64,000 nt of DNA from NCBI RefSeq assembly GCF_009914755.1, contig NC_060931.1, one strand, 5' to 3'. This document shows positions 1-11,896 of this stretch, piece after piece; the first letter of the stretch is position 1, and every line of letters begins with the position of its first letter. The notes below the pieces were generated by a model. That model did no database searches, was not told the DNA's origin, and worked only from the letters and a program-made list of their open reading frames with translations. The position numbers were made by a program, and so were the translations under genes. This stretch comes from the human T2T-CHM13v2.0 reference genome, Homo sapiens.

Positions 1-672
1 CATTATAGAAAACCAGAATGCAATACAACATTTTGGATGATGACTGATGCCCTTAGGGCTTGTGTAAATACAGCACCTCTTATCACCCACTGTGATAAGT
101 TTTACATTATTTGCTGTGAACAAAACTCCCAGTGAGCTATTATTTATTAGGCTAGTTATAAAGGTTGTACCAATTATTTCTGAGAGTATAAAGGTAAAAC
201 TGAGTTATTCATTGTTTTTCTAGTCCCAAACCACAAACTCTACTAGGCTGCTTTAGGCATGCAGAACAGAGCAAAGCCAAATAAAAACAAGTCTTCTGGC
301 TTTTGCTGCTCTGGGGAGAAACCAGCACCTCTGCTGCCTTGCAATTCTGAATGTAAAGTAGAATGATAGAAAAGAGTAATGGGTAAGATTCTAGCTGAAT
401 GGGACTTTAGAGATCTGCCAGTTCAACTCTTCTAAATGAGGAAACCGAGGCGCTCAGAAGTCCGACTTTTTCAGGGTCACATGTAAACAGCAGAGGCAAT
501 GTAAAAAGTGAAGGGAAAAGAAATAAATACTGATGAAACTAAAACTATCTCTTTAACAATACTTAAGTCCCAGACAATGCATTTATTTACTTCAAGTTAC
601 ATTGATATAATTAAATTGTAATACAATACGAAATCTGTGGATCATTAAAATATGATTCTACCTGTGTAGGGT

Positions 673-908
673 GGCATGGTAGACAGAATAATATCCCCAT
701 AAGATGTTTACATCCTAATACCAGAAGCTCTGAATATGTTACCTTACACGGTATAGGGGACTTTTGCAAATGTGATTGAGTTAACGATCTTCAGATGGGA
801 AGGTTATCCTGGATTATCACTATCTGCATGGGCCCAGTGTAATCACAAGAGTCTCTGTAAGAGGGAAGCAAGAAGGTGAAAGTCAGAAGAGGAGTTATGG
901 CAATGGAA
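673..908 (+). mobile_element. MLT1D-like MaLR LTR, 5' fragment
   Basis: Typical MLT1 5' motifs (ggtagacagaataat..., gaatatgttaccttac, ttatcctggattatc, gtaatcacaag); 3' half absent. Confidence 0.7.
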
Positions 909-956
909 ATATTCTAAATCTCTTTTCTTGGAATTCTATTAAAATGGATTGCTTTA

Positions 957-1313
957 TGCAATGGTATGAATGCTTGTATGCCACCTCCCCCCAATTTCTA
1001 TGTTGAAATATTAGCTCCCAGGGTGATGGTATTAGGAGGTGCGGTTCTTGGGGAGGTAATTAGATCATGTGATAGAACTGTCCTGAATGGAATTAGTGCC
1101 TTTACAAAATAGGCTCAAGGTAGCTTGTGTATCCCTTCCACAAGCAGTGAGAAGGTGCTATCTATGAGGAATTAGCCCTCACCTGACACCAAATCTTCTA
1201 GAACCTTGATCTTGAACTTCCAAGCCTCTAGAACTGTAAGAAAGAAATTTCTGTTGTTTTTAAGCTACCCTATCTATGATTATTTGTTATAGCAGCCTGA
1301 ACAGATTAAAACA
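957..1313 (+). mobile_element. MLT1A-type MaLR solo LTR
   Basis: TG...CA termini; tatgttgaaat, gatggtattaggaggtg, ccttgatcttgaacttcc, ttgttatagcagcctgaacaga. Confidence 0.8.
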
Positions 1314-1899
1314 CTATCTTTAGCATTAGTAAGGTACAATTCTTCCAATAGGCTGCCTAGTCACATATTAAATATTAATCTTGGATTCTAAAGACAGGGT
1401 AGAATTATATATATTGTACATTGTAATTCTTTTCAACAAGATCACATTGACATAGGGTCATTGGCTAGATCACAAGGATTTCAACTAGAGAGACAAGTTC
1501 TGTGCCATAAACACAATGTTATGTAGCAATCGTGCAAAGAAAACCATCAGAAAAAGTTTCCAGGTAAAATAATTAGTAGGGTTCAATCCTCTGTTCCATT
1601 TATTCTAATTGCCTTCCTATTTATGGAGAACCACTGAGTTTAACTTATTAATGTAAATATAAGCTTTGCTCACCAAGAAAGCTTGGCTAAAGTCCTGACT
1701 CCAAAGAATGATGGTGGCCAACTTTGATAAGAGTCAAAATATATACTGGAAATTGCTGATTTTCTTTATATTAAGAAATTTAACTTGAACATATCCATAA
1801 TTTAGAATTAAGTGCTTGAATGACTGAATCATGCCGAATACCACTTTTAAAGTTGGATTTGCTCTTTATCTTAATTTGAAATAAATAGAATTGTATGAA

Positions 1900-2130
1900 A
1901 ATAATAATAGTTGTCTTTCACTGGAGGCCTCTCATGAGTCTGGCACTCTGCTAGATGCCTCATTTATACTTCTCACTTAATCTCCAGGAACCACCTTCAA
2001 GAGGGGAACTATTACCTCCATTTTACATAGTAGAAATGATGCTCAGAAGAGGACATAACTCATGCAAGATTACATCACTGGAAAATGACAAATACAGGAT
2101 TTGAAGACAAAGCTGATTCTAAAAGCTAAA
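1900..2130 (-). mobile_element. MIR SINE
   Basis: Degenerate MIR core in reverse (attacctccattttaca..gaaatgatgctcaga). Confidence 0.6.
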
Positions 2131-3894
2131 TTTTATTACCCATTCCAAATTTTCTTGCAAGACAGTAACCTGTCTATTCTATGTTGTATTTTTGTGCCTA
2201 GATACATTCAGAAAGTGGAACACAAGATTCTTGGAGATATGAAGAGTTTCTCTTAGAGTAAAAAATAAATTATCAGATAATGCAGAAGAATGTAGGGCAC
2301 CTGATTACAAATGCTACCTCCCATAATCACCAGAGAATTTGCCTCCTGTTGGCCTTTCCTTGTCATTGTACGACATAGACGAAATGGTATAAACAGATGA
2401 GGAGCTGAAAGCAGAAGATAAAGGTTTGAATCCTTTCTCCTGTGCTTGCTTCTGTGTGACTTTCTTATTTCAAAGAAATTTGAAATTCACATGGAAGGAC
2501 CTAAAAAATATAATCATATTTCAATACAATATGCCATACTACTTAAATATTAAAATCTCCATTCTATATGTATAGGAAAAAACCTGGAAGGATGTAAACA
2601 AATGATTACATAATAGTAGTTTTGAGGAATTCAACTTTCTTGTCTTTAATCTTTATAAAGAAAAGGTATATTGAAATAATAAAGATTTTTTTAAGTGAAT
2701 CAAATATAGAAATTAAAGAACTTGTTTGGTTAACCTGAAAATTAAGCCTCATTTTATTTTGCCTGCAAAAAGTGGTTAATGATTCTTATCTCACTGGATT
2801 TTAAAGAAAGTGAAGTTTCTAGGGTCTTCAAGTAAGGCTTTGAAGTACAATCTTTCCTGGAAGGGAAAGGCAAGGACCAAATCTAAGGAGAGATAGAATT
2901 GGGGGAAAATTAGCAAATGCCAGAAAAGGAGCAGGGCTGAGCCTCTTGTAGCAAAGGGACAGGGAATAAACAGCCTGGAATGTTGTTTGGAGGATTAATA
3001 ATGATACAAAGAAAGCACACAGCACAGTGCTTGATGCAAGAGCTGCTTCTCAAATGGCAGCCATTGTTGGACATGAGTGATGTTCCAGGCATAGTGCAGA
3101 ATGATGAGATTCAAGCACCACTAAGCAAAAGGCCAAGCTCCATTCAAGATCTTAGACACCTATGCAAGCCAATCAGGCCAAATATAATAGACATAGTCCA
3201 TAAAGGTATACAAAGCCTGGAGTATCCAGTGGTAAGACAGGGATCCCCCTGGGAATATAAGTTCAAAAGAGAAAGCCTGTCCCTCAAGGCACTTGCAGTG
3301 CCAGAAGGAGCCGTGGCCAAAGAGTTCCACACACAGGGAAAATGAGGTGGGGTCAGGAACAAGGCTGACATGATGCTTGCCTGGTAAAAAGCGAACAAAA
3401 ATTATTTGAATTGCTTCCTCCTAAGATCCAAGAGCCAAGGACAGGATAGAAATTGAAGGGGCATTTAAGTGGCTTGAACTGCCAAAATTAGGAAAATTTT
3501 TGAGCTGGTAGCCAAGAAAACAGATGCATATCAATGAATCACTCATCTAGATGAAGAGTTATAAATGATAATGCTGTTGGTTAAGACTTCTGGTCTGACC
3601 CTTACCCAAGCCCTGTTTCTCAAGTGACAGGTCTCTCTAAAATACTCTTTGAGAAAACTAGGACACCGGATCCTGTGGAACCGGCTGCAAAGGCTTCACC
3701 TCTCTCCATGGGCTTCATCTTGTCTCTCCTCCCCTGAAACAACTCACATTATTGTTAGAAAAAACACAAAAGCAATTTTAAATTTAAAACTTTGCCAACA
3801 CAAATGACCAGGATGGAAGAGGTATTCTTTGTTTTTAATCATCATAAAAGAAGCTCACATTTGTTAAGTACTTCTTGAACACAGACCATTTCTA

Positions 3895-4710
3895 TCCACT
3901 CATTCAGCAGGAATTTACTGGGAGCCTCCAGGCACTGTTCTGAACTCTCAAAGGGGTTCTATTGAACAATACCCATGGGGTTGCTCTTCTCATGGAGCAC
4001 CAGCTTCTACTAGGGAAGCAGGTAATGGATAATGGAGTAAATAAACAAGAATTTAGATTCTGATAAATACCATGAAGCAAATAGAGCAAGTGAAATTATG
4101 ATGCTCTAGTTTAGATAGTATGGTCAGAGAGGGCTTCTCTCGGAAGATGGTATTCAAACTGAGGTCCGAGTTAGGCAGTGTCCTGTGAGGTCTGAGGGAC
4201 CTACATCCAAGGCAGGGCAAGAAGATAACTGATGTGTGCAAGATAAGGCTAGAGGGGATACAAGGGTGACGTGAGGAACTTGGCATGTATTTTCAGTATG
4301 GTAGGAGTCGTTACCAGGTTCTACACAGAAGAGTGACATGATTTCCACTTCTAAACTATCACCCAGACTGTTTTATGATGCTAGCTTACAGTGGGCAAGA
4401 TTAGAGGCAGGAAGACATGTGAGGGTGGCTCCTGCATAGACCAGTCCAGAGGTAACAAAGCCTGACAAGGCTGCCGGAGAGAAGCTACAGAGGATCTAGA
4501 GCAATAAAACACAAGCACCATTGGCTCACATGCAAGAGCTGTGGGGAGTCAGTGAGTTTGCTATGGGGTAGAATTGATGGGCTTAATTACAATTGGCTAG
4601 GGAATGTGAATGATGATAGAATGATCAAGGGTGACTCCCTGACTTCTAGCTTGGACAGTTTCATGGATGGGATGCCATTTGCTAAGATGAAGACAAATGA
4701 GAAAGACATG
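3895..4710 (-). mobile_element. L2 LINE 3' portion
   Basis: Reverse L2 3' end (cattcagcaggaatttactg..caggcactgttct) followed by typical L2 motifs (ggtcagagagggcttctct, gtgactccctgacttctagcttgg, gatgccattt). Confidence 0.7.
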
Positions 4711-7700
4711 AATATTTGAAGGAAAAAAATTAATCTGCACAACCCAAAAGATAGATAATATTTTTTCTCCATATTATAGATGAGAAAATACAACCTTCAA
4801 GAGGTTGTTAAAAGTCACATAGGTAAATAGAAAGCACCGTGGTGATATTAAATGCAGAGGGGTTGGCTCAAGGGCCTGCCCTCCCAACCGCTCCTGCAGT
4901 GGCTCTTCAGTACCACTCATGTCCTTTGCACTTCAAAAGAGACTTACTCATAGCAGCAAAACCCAATAACTTAAACATTTCAGGAGTAAAATTTATTGGT
5001 ACTTGTGAGAAGTAAATAGGCTTTCTAGAGGAGGAGGGCTAACCTGGAAACTTGAAAAAAGGGGCTAATATGAATCCTTTTCTTGTGAATAATATTTTTC
5101 CAGTAGTATTTGAGCTACAGCACCAGTGATATCAATGTCAGTTTCCTCCCAGCCATCTCTTCTTCTAAGAGCGATAACATTGGCCAAAAGCACTGAGCTT
5201 CCCAATTCTCTATTAAAGAATTCCAGGAAAATACAAGCAAAGGCAAATGAAAAACACAAAACATCTGCTTTGTCATTAAGTTCAAGTGATGGTTTTCCTT
5301 AGGACTATCTTAATTTCATGGGAGCCAGTGCCTTTTTCCAATGTAATTCTTGGCTAGGACCTTTCCCCTAACAGGATATTAAACATGACAATCGCATCTG
5401 TCCTTCTACGATAATAGGAGCAAGGGAGAGGCTCAATCAATCACGAGTTCCCAGCACTGTGCTCTGAGAAACCCGGAGGATTATTGAAGGCTGCTCTGAA
5501 GATTACTGGCATTAACGTTGGTCAGGAAGAGATGGCTTATCTTGCTGATTGGAACCAAGTGCCTCTTGGCTTGCTGCTCAGAAGGGATTCTGTGTGACCT
5601 CACAGGTTGCCACTGACAGTTGCTTTCACTTGGCTGTGGGGGTGGCATTTGACATAAGAACACTGCAGAACAAGAGAACGTTAACAGCACAATTAATAAA
5701 CCACATTATCTTTTAAAAATAGGGTCTATTTTTACATTTATTCCTGAGTTGCAAAAAGTTCCTCCTTTAAGATGTTGCTGTTTTCACTGATGAAAGACTA
5801 AAATTAAATCACCTGCTTCTCCAGAGGATACATTTCTTGTATTCTCATTGGCAATTTAGCCTGCCTCTCTGAGTTGTGACTGGGCAGCACCATGACAAAG
5901 AGCAATGCTTACATGTTCTTGCTGTGAAGTAAACCCTAGGGATTAGAGGGATTTAGTGGTAGTTAGCCCATTAAGGAGTCTCACATTTAGTAAATCCTGA
6001 GAATGCTAGACTTCAGCTCTTCATCCAGTTTTTGAAGCCTCACACTAAAGGCGTTCTTCAGAGTGGTGAATCCCAATCTTTCTGCAAAGAAATTAAGTTT
6101 GAATATCTGGGGGAATTTTCTGGCTCTGGAAATATTGTTTTGCCATCCTGTCCTGGAGCCAAAAATGCTGAAATAGGACTCATTTAAGTGTTTGTTGTGG
6201 ATCTTGGTCATTTTTAGTTAAAATAAGTTCTTTAATTTTCTTTCTTTCTTTTCTCAGTAATTTTTAGAGACTTTATGGCCAAAGATAATTACATTTCTTA
6301 ATTTGCTTCATTTTAAATTCATATCCAAGCTTTCAAAGAGATTGGTGTTCCTAAAATGGGTTTTGCCAGCTGTGCAGTCTGTGGGGCCCTTGTACCATCA
6401 GCCTGTTCTGTCCGGATGAGGCAGAGCAGAGAGAGAAGCCATATGGAGCTCACATGACGGCAGCTTGTCACAACCAGAGCAACAGCAGCCTTGAGCTGGC
6501 TGTGTTGCTGTGGTTTCTCTCAAGAGGCAGCAAGTGTACAGTAATAGCATGGTATGGAAAATAGGAAATACTAGTGACTCAGATGAGATACGTAGCAGGG
6601 CAACAAGGAGAAAGTGCACTGAAGATCCAATATAGGCTTCTTGACTGTGACAAGCATGGATATGGAAGTGGGACATAAATATCTCATGAATGGACCATCT
6701 GTTGGGGGAAATCCTTCCAACATGGTTGAGAGGATTATATTTTGAACACAAGACATCTTTTGTTAGGCTTCTCTCTGGAAGGCTCTGGCATATATTCACA
6801 CAGACACAGTGACAAATGCAATCAAAGAGGCTGAGCCACAGCCATGAAGACATCATAGAACTACTTCTGGCTAAAGGGAAGAGCTCCCTGGATCCCACCT
6901 GCAAATGTGGATAAGATTGCCCTGTGTGGGGTCAGAGTGTGTGAGGGCAATAATTGGGGTTGGGTTTACACCTGGCATAAGTACAGAATTTCCAGTGTTA
7001 GAAAGCAGAGGGTGAAACCTTTCATTTGAAAAAACAATGTGTTTGGGGTAATGGATTTGAGAAATCTGCAGTCTGGAAAGTGATATGTGACATTGGCCTC
7101 AAAAGTTGTGAGCTTTATGTAAAAGTCTCTAAGTTCCTCTTTCTAAAGTCAGTTGCATCAATTAAATGCTAAAAATACCACTTTCTACCTAGAAGAGTCA
7201 ACTGGAATGTGGATTTATGTTGAATAAATCCTGGCTTCACACTTCTTGTCCAACATTTTGGGAATACCAATTGACAAATCTCTCCTGATCACCTTGTTGA
7301 CAGGAATCTGCAGAAAAAAGATATAATCTATGTAGGCCTTGATTTACTCCTAACTAGCAAGACACTCAAAACTGTTTCAAAACTGGTTTATCATAATTGT
7401 TCATTAGCAAAATTTAGCTAAAACTTTGGTCAAATTACTTCTTTATTACCTATTGTATAAACATTATTTTCTTATCTGTTGATCCAGATATTCAAGCAAT
7501 TATCTCAAATGCATGGAGCAGTTCCGAAAACAAAGGGAAAAGTGACAGACTCAAAAAGAAACTCCAACCTCTGGGGACCCATTTGACTCTGGGCTTGCAT
7601 ATGAGGAATGCCCTCAATTTTGACCCTAAGTCATCAGATCAGCTCATAAAAAATCTGACTTCTTGGTAAGACTCATCATCTAATCAGAACCTGCTGTGTG

Positions 7701-8589
7701 TGCTAATGAGTGTGTAATCAACATAAAGCCAGTAGTAATTGGACATTCAGTCACATATATTTATGTGACAGGCACTGTTCTAAATGCTGGAGATTGAGTG
7801 ATGACCAGGACATGATCCCTGCTCCCAACGAGCCCCATTTTATTGAAGGAGATAGAGTAAAGAGTCGTAGAAATATATTGTTCTAAGTGCTACATGAAAC
7901 CTGAGATCAATTACTTTTCTTTCCAAAAGCCTGAGAAATCTGACACACTCCTGTGTTTTAGAATGCATGCAATACTGGTTGGGAGAGGAAAGAACATACA
8001 GAAAGGGTAAGCAGAAGGTGTTCTGATAGCCCCTAAGGTGGTTCCTAGCACTGTCTTAGATGGTCAGAAAAAGCTCTTAGAGGAACAGATCTCTAGTTAG
8101 AGACCTACAAGGAGCTAGCCAGAATTGGTAATCCCAGGTATCTCTGAAGTGATAAAGGTAGGACTCAAGTAAAAAAGATTTGGACAGAAGACTTTGAATC
8201 TCATTTTTTGTTTTGTTTGTTTGGGGGTTTTTTTGTTTGCTTTTTTTTGTTTTTTTTTGTTTTGTTTTTGGTGAGAGTGCAAACAGTGTCTCTGGACTTG
8301 AAAACACTAGGCCCAGTTCACACTGAGGATACTATAAACAAAAAGATTAAGTGAAAGGTTTCATACTGAATATTGAGACCTTCAACCTTCTTTTCCCACT
8401 AGGTTCCCAGAACACTGGCAGCCAATCATATTTCTTCCAAGAAGGAGATCAAAAGGTATTTGAGGACCCAGTCCACCGAAAGTACCTAAAGGTACTGAGA
8501 TGTGGGTTCTCAAGGCCGCAGCTCATCCAGATCACCCTCCAGCGATGACCACACTCAACACAACACACCCATTTGCACAGAACTTCTAG

Positions 8590-9285
8590 AGCAATGAGGT
8601 CTCAGCAGAAAATAGGTGGTACACACTAAAAGGATTAACTGAAGAGACTTTAATGAAGGGATTACTTATATAAAGGTGGAAAAATTTAAAGGAATTTTTT
8701 AAAAATGGTGACCAATTCAGGGATGAGCATGAATGGGAAGACCTGAAAGAGCATGGGAGAGAATGTTACCACCAGAGTTCAGTCAGAGCTGCAGCTATGG
8801 AAGAGGGGTTGTTTCTGTCACAGCAATAGAACAGTGATTCTCAACCTGGGGCAATTTTCCCCATATGAGACATTGGCAATGTCTAGAAATATTTTTAGTT
8901 ATCAATACACTGGGGAAAGAAGATGCTACTGGAATCTAGAAGATACAAACCAGAGATGCCACTAAACTCCCTACTATGCATAGTACAGACCCTATAACAA
9001 ATAACTCTCCATCTCTAAATATCAATAGGACTGAGGTTAAGAAACCCTGAAATGGAGGAAGAGAGCCACTGGCTGAACAATGACTGGGTAGAGAGTAAGG
9101 GAGAATTGATGACTCCGTCTCCCTGTCCGGCTATATTTTGATTTCTTGCCAGTGCCTCCATTGGTTGAACCTAACAGGAAGCCACAGAGCTATGTATCCC
9201 AGATGATGTGGTTCATAGCACTCAGCCTCTGGGGCATTGACAGGGTGGAGAATGAGTCTGGAGAGACATGTGGAGAATAACCACA
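8590..9285 (-). mobile_element. LTR33-like ERVL LTR, split by MER20
   Basis: ccagtgcctccattggttgaacctaacaggaagcc...cagggtggagaa...ggagaataa end motif; continuity on both sides of MER20. Confidence 0.55.
8832..9049 (+). mobile_element. MER20 (hAT-Charlie MITE)
   Basis: Termini cagtgattctcaacct ... aggttaagaaaccctg, ~218 bp, internal ttggcaatgtctaga / tgctactggaatctag. Confidence 0.85.
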
Positions 9286-10204
9286 TAGACTTCGATTCAC
9301 TTTTAAGTGCTAAAACTTGAAAATGAGCAGAGAGGCAAGGCTGGAAAATAAACAAAAAAACACTCAATATTCTGAGCGATGAGAGAATATGCATCAACCC
9401 AAGAATATAATTAAAAATACTGAAAAAAAGGAAAATTCAGGGAAGAAAAACGCTTGGAAATTACAAGTGTAACAGCAAAAATGAAAACTTTAAATGAGTG
9501 GTTTTATTTGGGGCCTGAAAACCAGTGAAATGTTAATTTTTGTCTAGGTTGATGGGGAGCAAAACATACAGCACACAGAACACATTAGACTCGGAATTCA
9601 GGAGACAGAGGGGCCACAAGAACATAATCCCTCCAAATTAACAAAATACAGTGGGAAAACTTTGGATCAATTCAAACCATTCAATTGGAGGATGGAAGCA
9701 ATTTTATCTTGTTCAAGTCCACTGTGGCCTCACTTCATAATTGAGTAATGTATATCCTTGTGTTACACAGTTTTGTTTACTTGTTTTGCCTCTAAGTCTT
9801 ATCAAAGTGCATAGTTAGGCTCCTTAAGCAGAGGGCTAAATTACATTTTTCTTTTGATTTTGATGTATCTGGCAACGTCCTGACAGCTGGCATAAAAGGA
9901 AGGAAAAAATTCTCTCTTTGAGAACCTCATGAACTTACTGAGCGAGATAATGACTGGACAAGTTGGAAATCCTCATCCCCTGGGCTAGGAACTTCAAATC
10001 ACTGAGAAGGAAAAACAGGCCCTTAGCTTCCCAAGTGGGGACGGAGTTGAGTTAAACAGTTGCCCTCACTCAGATTGTCTCTTTATTGGGCTTACGGAAC
10101 ACATATCCGTTTCTTAAGGAGATAGAGCTATACAAAACACACTGATCAAGATAATGAAAAGACAAGCTGCAGACTGGGTAAAAATATTTACAAAAGACAT
10201 ATCT

Positions 10205-10247
10205 AGTGGCACTGCTGGTGTAGTAGTATCATGCAAGATCCCCCCTC
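10205..10247 (+). pseudogene. Tailless 5'-half retropseudogene of tRNA-Gly(CCC)
   Basis: 10209-10247 matches 33/39 nt of recalled tRNA-Gly-CCC 5' half GCGCCGCTGGTGTAGTGGTATCATGCAAGATTCCCATTC; flanked by perfect 15-bp direct repeat acaaaagacatatct (10190-10204, 10248-10262). Confidence 0.85.
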
Positions 10248-10319
10248 ACAAAAGACATATCTGATAAAGGATTATAATCTAAAACATACAAAGAACTCTT
10301 AAAACTCAACAAGAACATA

Positions 10320-10628
<309 letters not shown>

Positions 10629-11481
10629 AAAACTCAACAAGAACATGAACAACCTAATTTTTTTAAATGTGCAAAAGACCTGAATGGACACCTCACCAAA
10701 GGAAATATACAGATGGGAAATATGCATATGAAGAGATGTTTAACATCATACATCATTAGGGAATTACACATTAAAACAACGAGATAACATTAAACACCTA
10801 TTATGATGGCCAAAATCCAAAACACTGACAACACCAAATGCTGGTGATGATATATAGTAAGAGGAACTCTCATTCACTGCTGGCAGAAATGCAAACTGGA
10901 ATAGCCATTTTGGAAGACAATTTTGCAATTTCTTACAAAACAAATGCACTAATGCCTCAAATAGAGCTATGTCACTGAAAGTCTACTAAATATGTAGGAC
11001 ATAGTTTTGCTCTGGTGTGTATGTTTGAAAACATGTATCACATGATTTGAGGGGGACTTATTCTTCCACACTTTTAACACAAAAATTGTTGACATCGAAT
11101 CAGAGATCAACTATGATGTCCACAGTAGGAGATAGCAGGAAGAGGTTTTACAGGGGCAGTCACCACCCACAGTCGCTCAGCAGTAAGGAGACAGGCCTAC
11201 AAGAGTGAGGGTTTACTGGATGCCTCCAGTTGAAGAGGTGAGTTAGCAGGACTGCTGCCTACAGTTGGGCCAGTTGGGCTGAAATCCAGCTCTAGTTTCA
11301 TTTTTGAATTCTTCTAGGCAGACTGCATCTGCCTAGAGGAAGGGTACCTTTTCCTAATTTGCGCCAAGATGTCAAATGAGATAGAAGAGACACTGGTGGT
11401 TTCATGATCTTTCATGTGTACCTTTCAATCAGAATTAAGGGATCTGGGGGCTGTATACGAGTAGTTTTGCTGGTGGGACAA

Positions 11482-11896
11482 TGTCTTAGTTCATCTTCTG
11501 TTGCTTATGGCAAAATGTCTGAAATTAGGTGATTTATAAAGAACAAAAGTTCTTACAGTTATGGAGGCTAAGAAGTCCAAGGTCAAAGGGCCGCATCTGG
11601 TGAGGGTTTTCTTGCTGGTGGGGACTCTGCAGAATTCTGAGTCAGTGCAGGGCATCCCATGGTGAGGAGGATGAGTGTGCTAGCCCAGGTCTCTTTTCTT
11701 GTTGTTATAAATCCACCAGTCCCATTCCCATGTTAACCAATCAATCCATTAATCCATGAATGAATTAGTCTATTCATGAGGGCAAAGTCCTCTTGACCTG
11801 ATTACCTCTTAAAGGCCCTCACCTCTCAATACTGCCACAATCAGGGATTAAGTTTCAACATGAGTTTTGAAGGGGACAAATATTCAAAGCATGACA
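11482..11896 (-). mobile_element. MST-family (MSTC/MSTD-like) MaLR solo LTR
   Basis: tgtcttagt... gaagtccaaggtcaaagggccgcatctggtgaggg ... tttcaacatgagttttgaaggggacaaatattcaaa. Confidence 0.85.

Noticed and set aside
2980-3345. 121-aa ORF
   Set aside because: No recognisable domain, splice structure or promoter context; length compatible with chance.
6398-6904. 168-aa minus-strand ORF
   Set aside because: Non-ATG start, Cys/Ser/His/Leu-rich composition typical of non-coding translation, no family resemblance.
10205-10247. Functional tRNA gene
   Set aside because: Only the 5' half is present; no T-arm/B-box or 3' acceptor strand.
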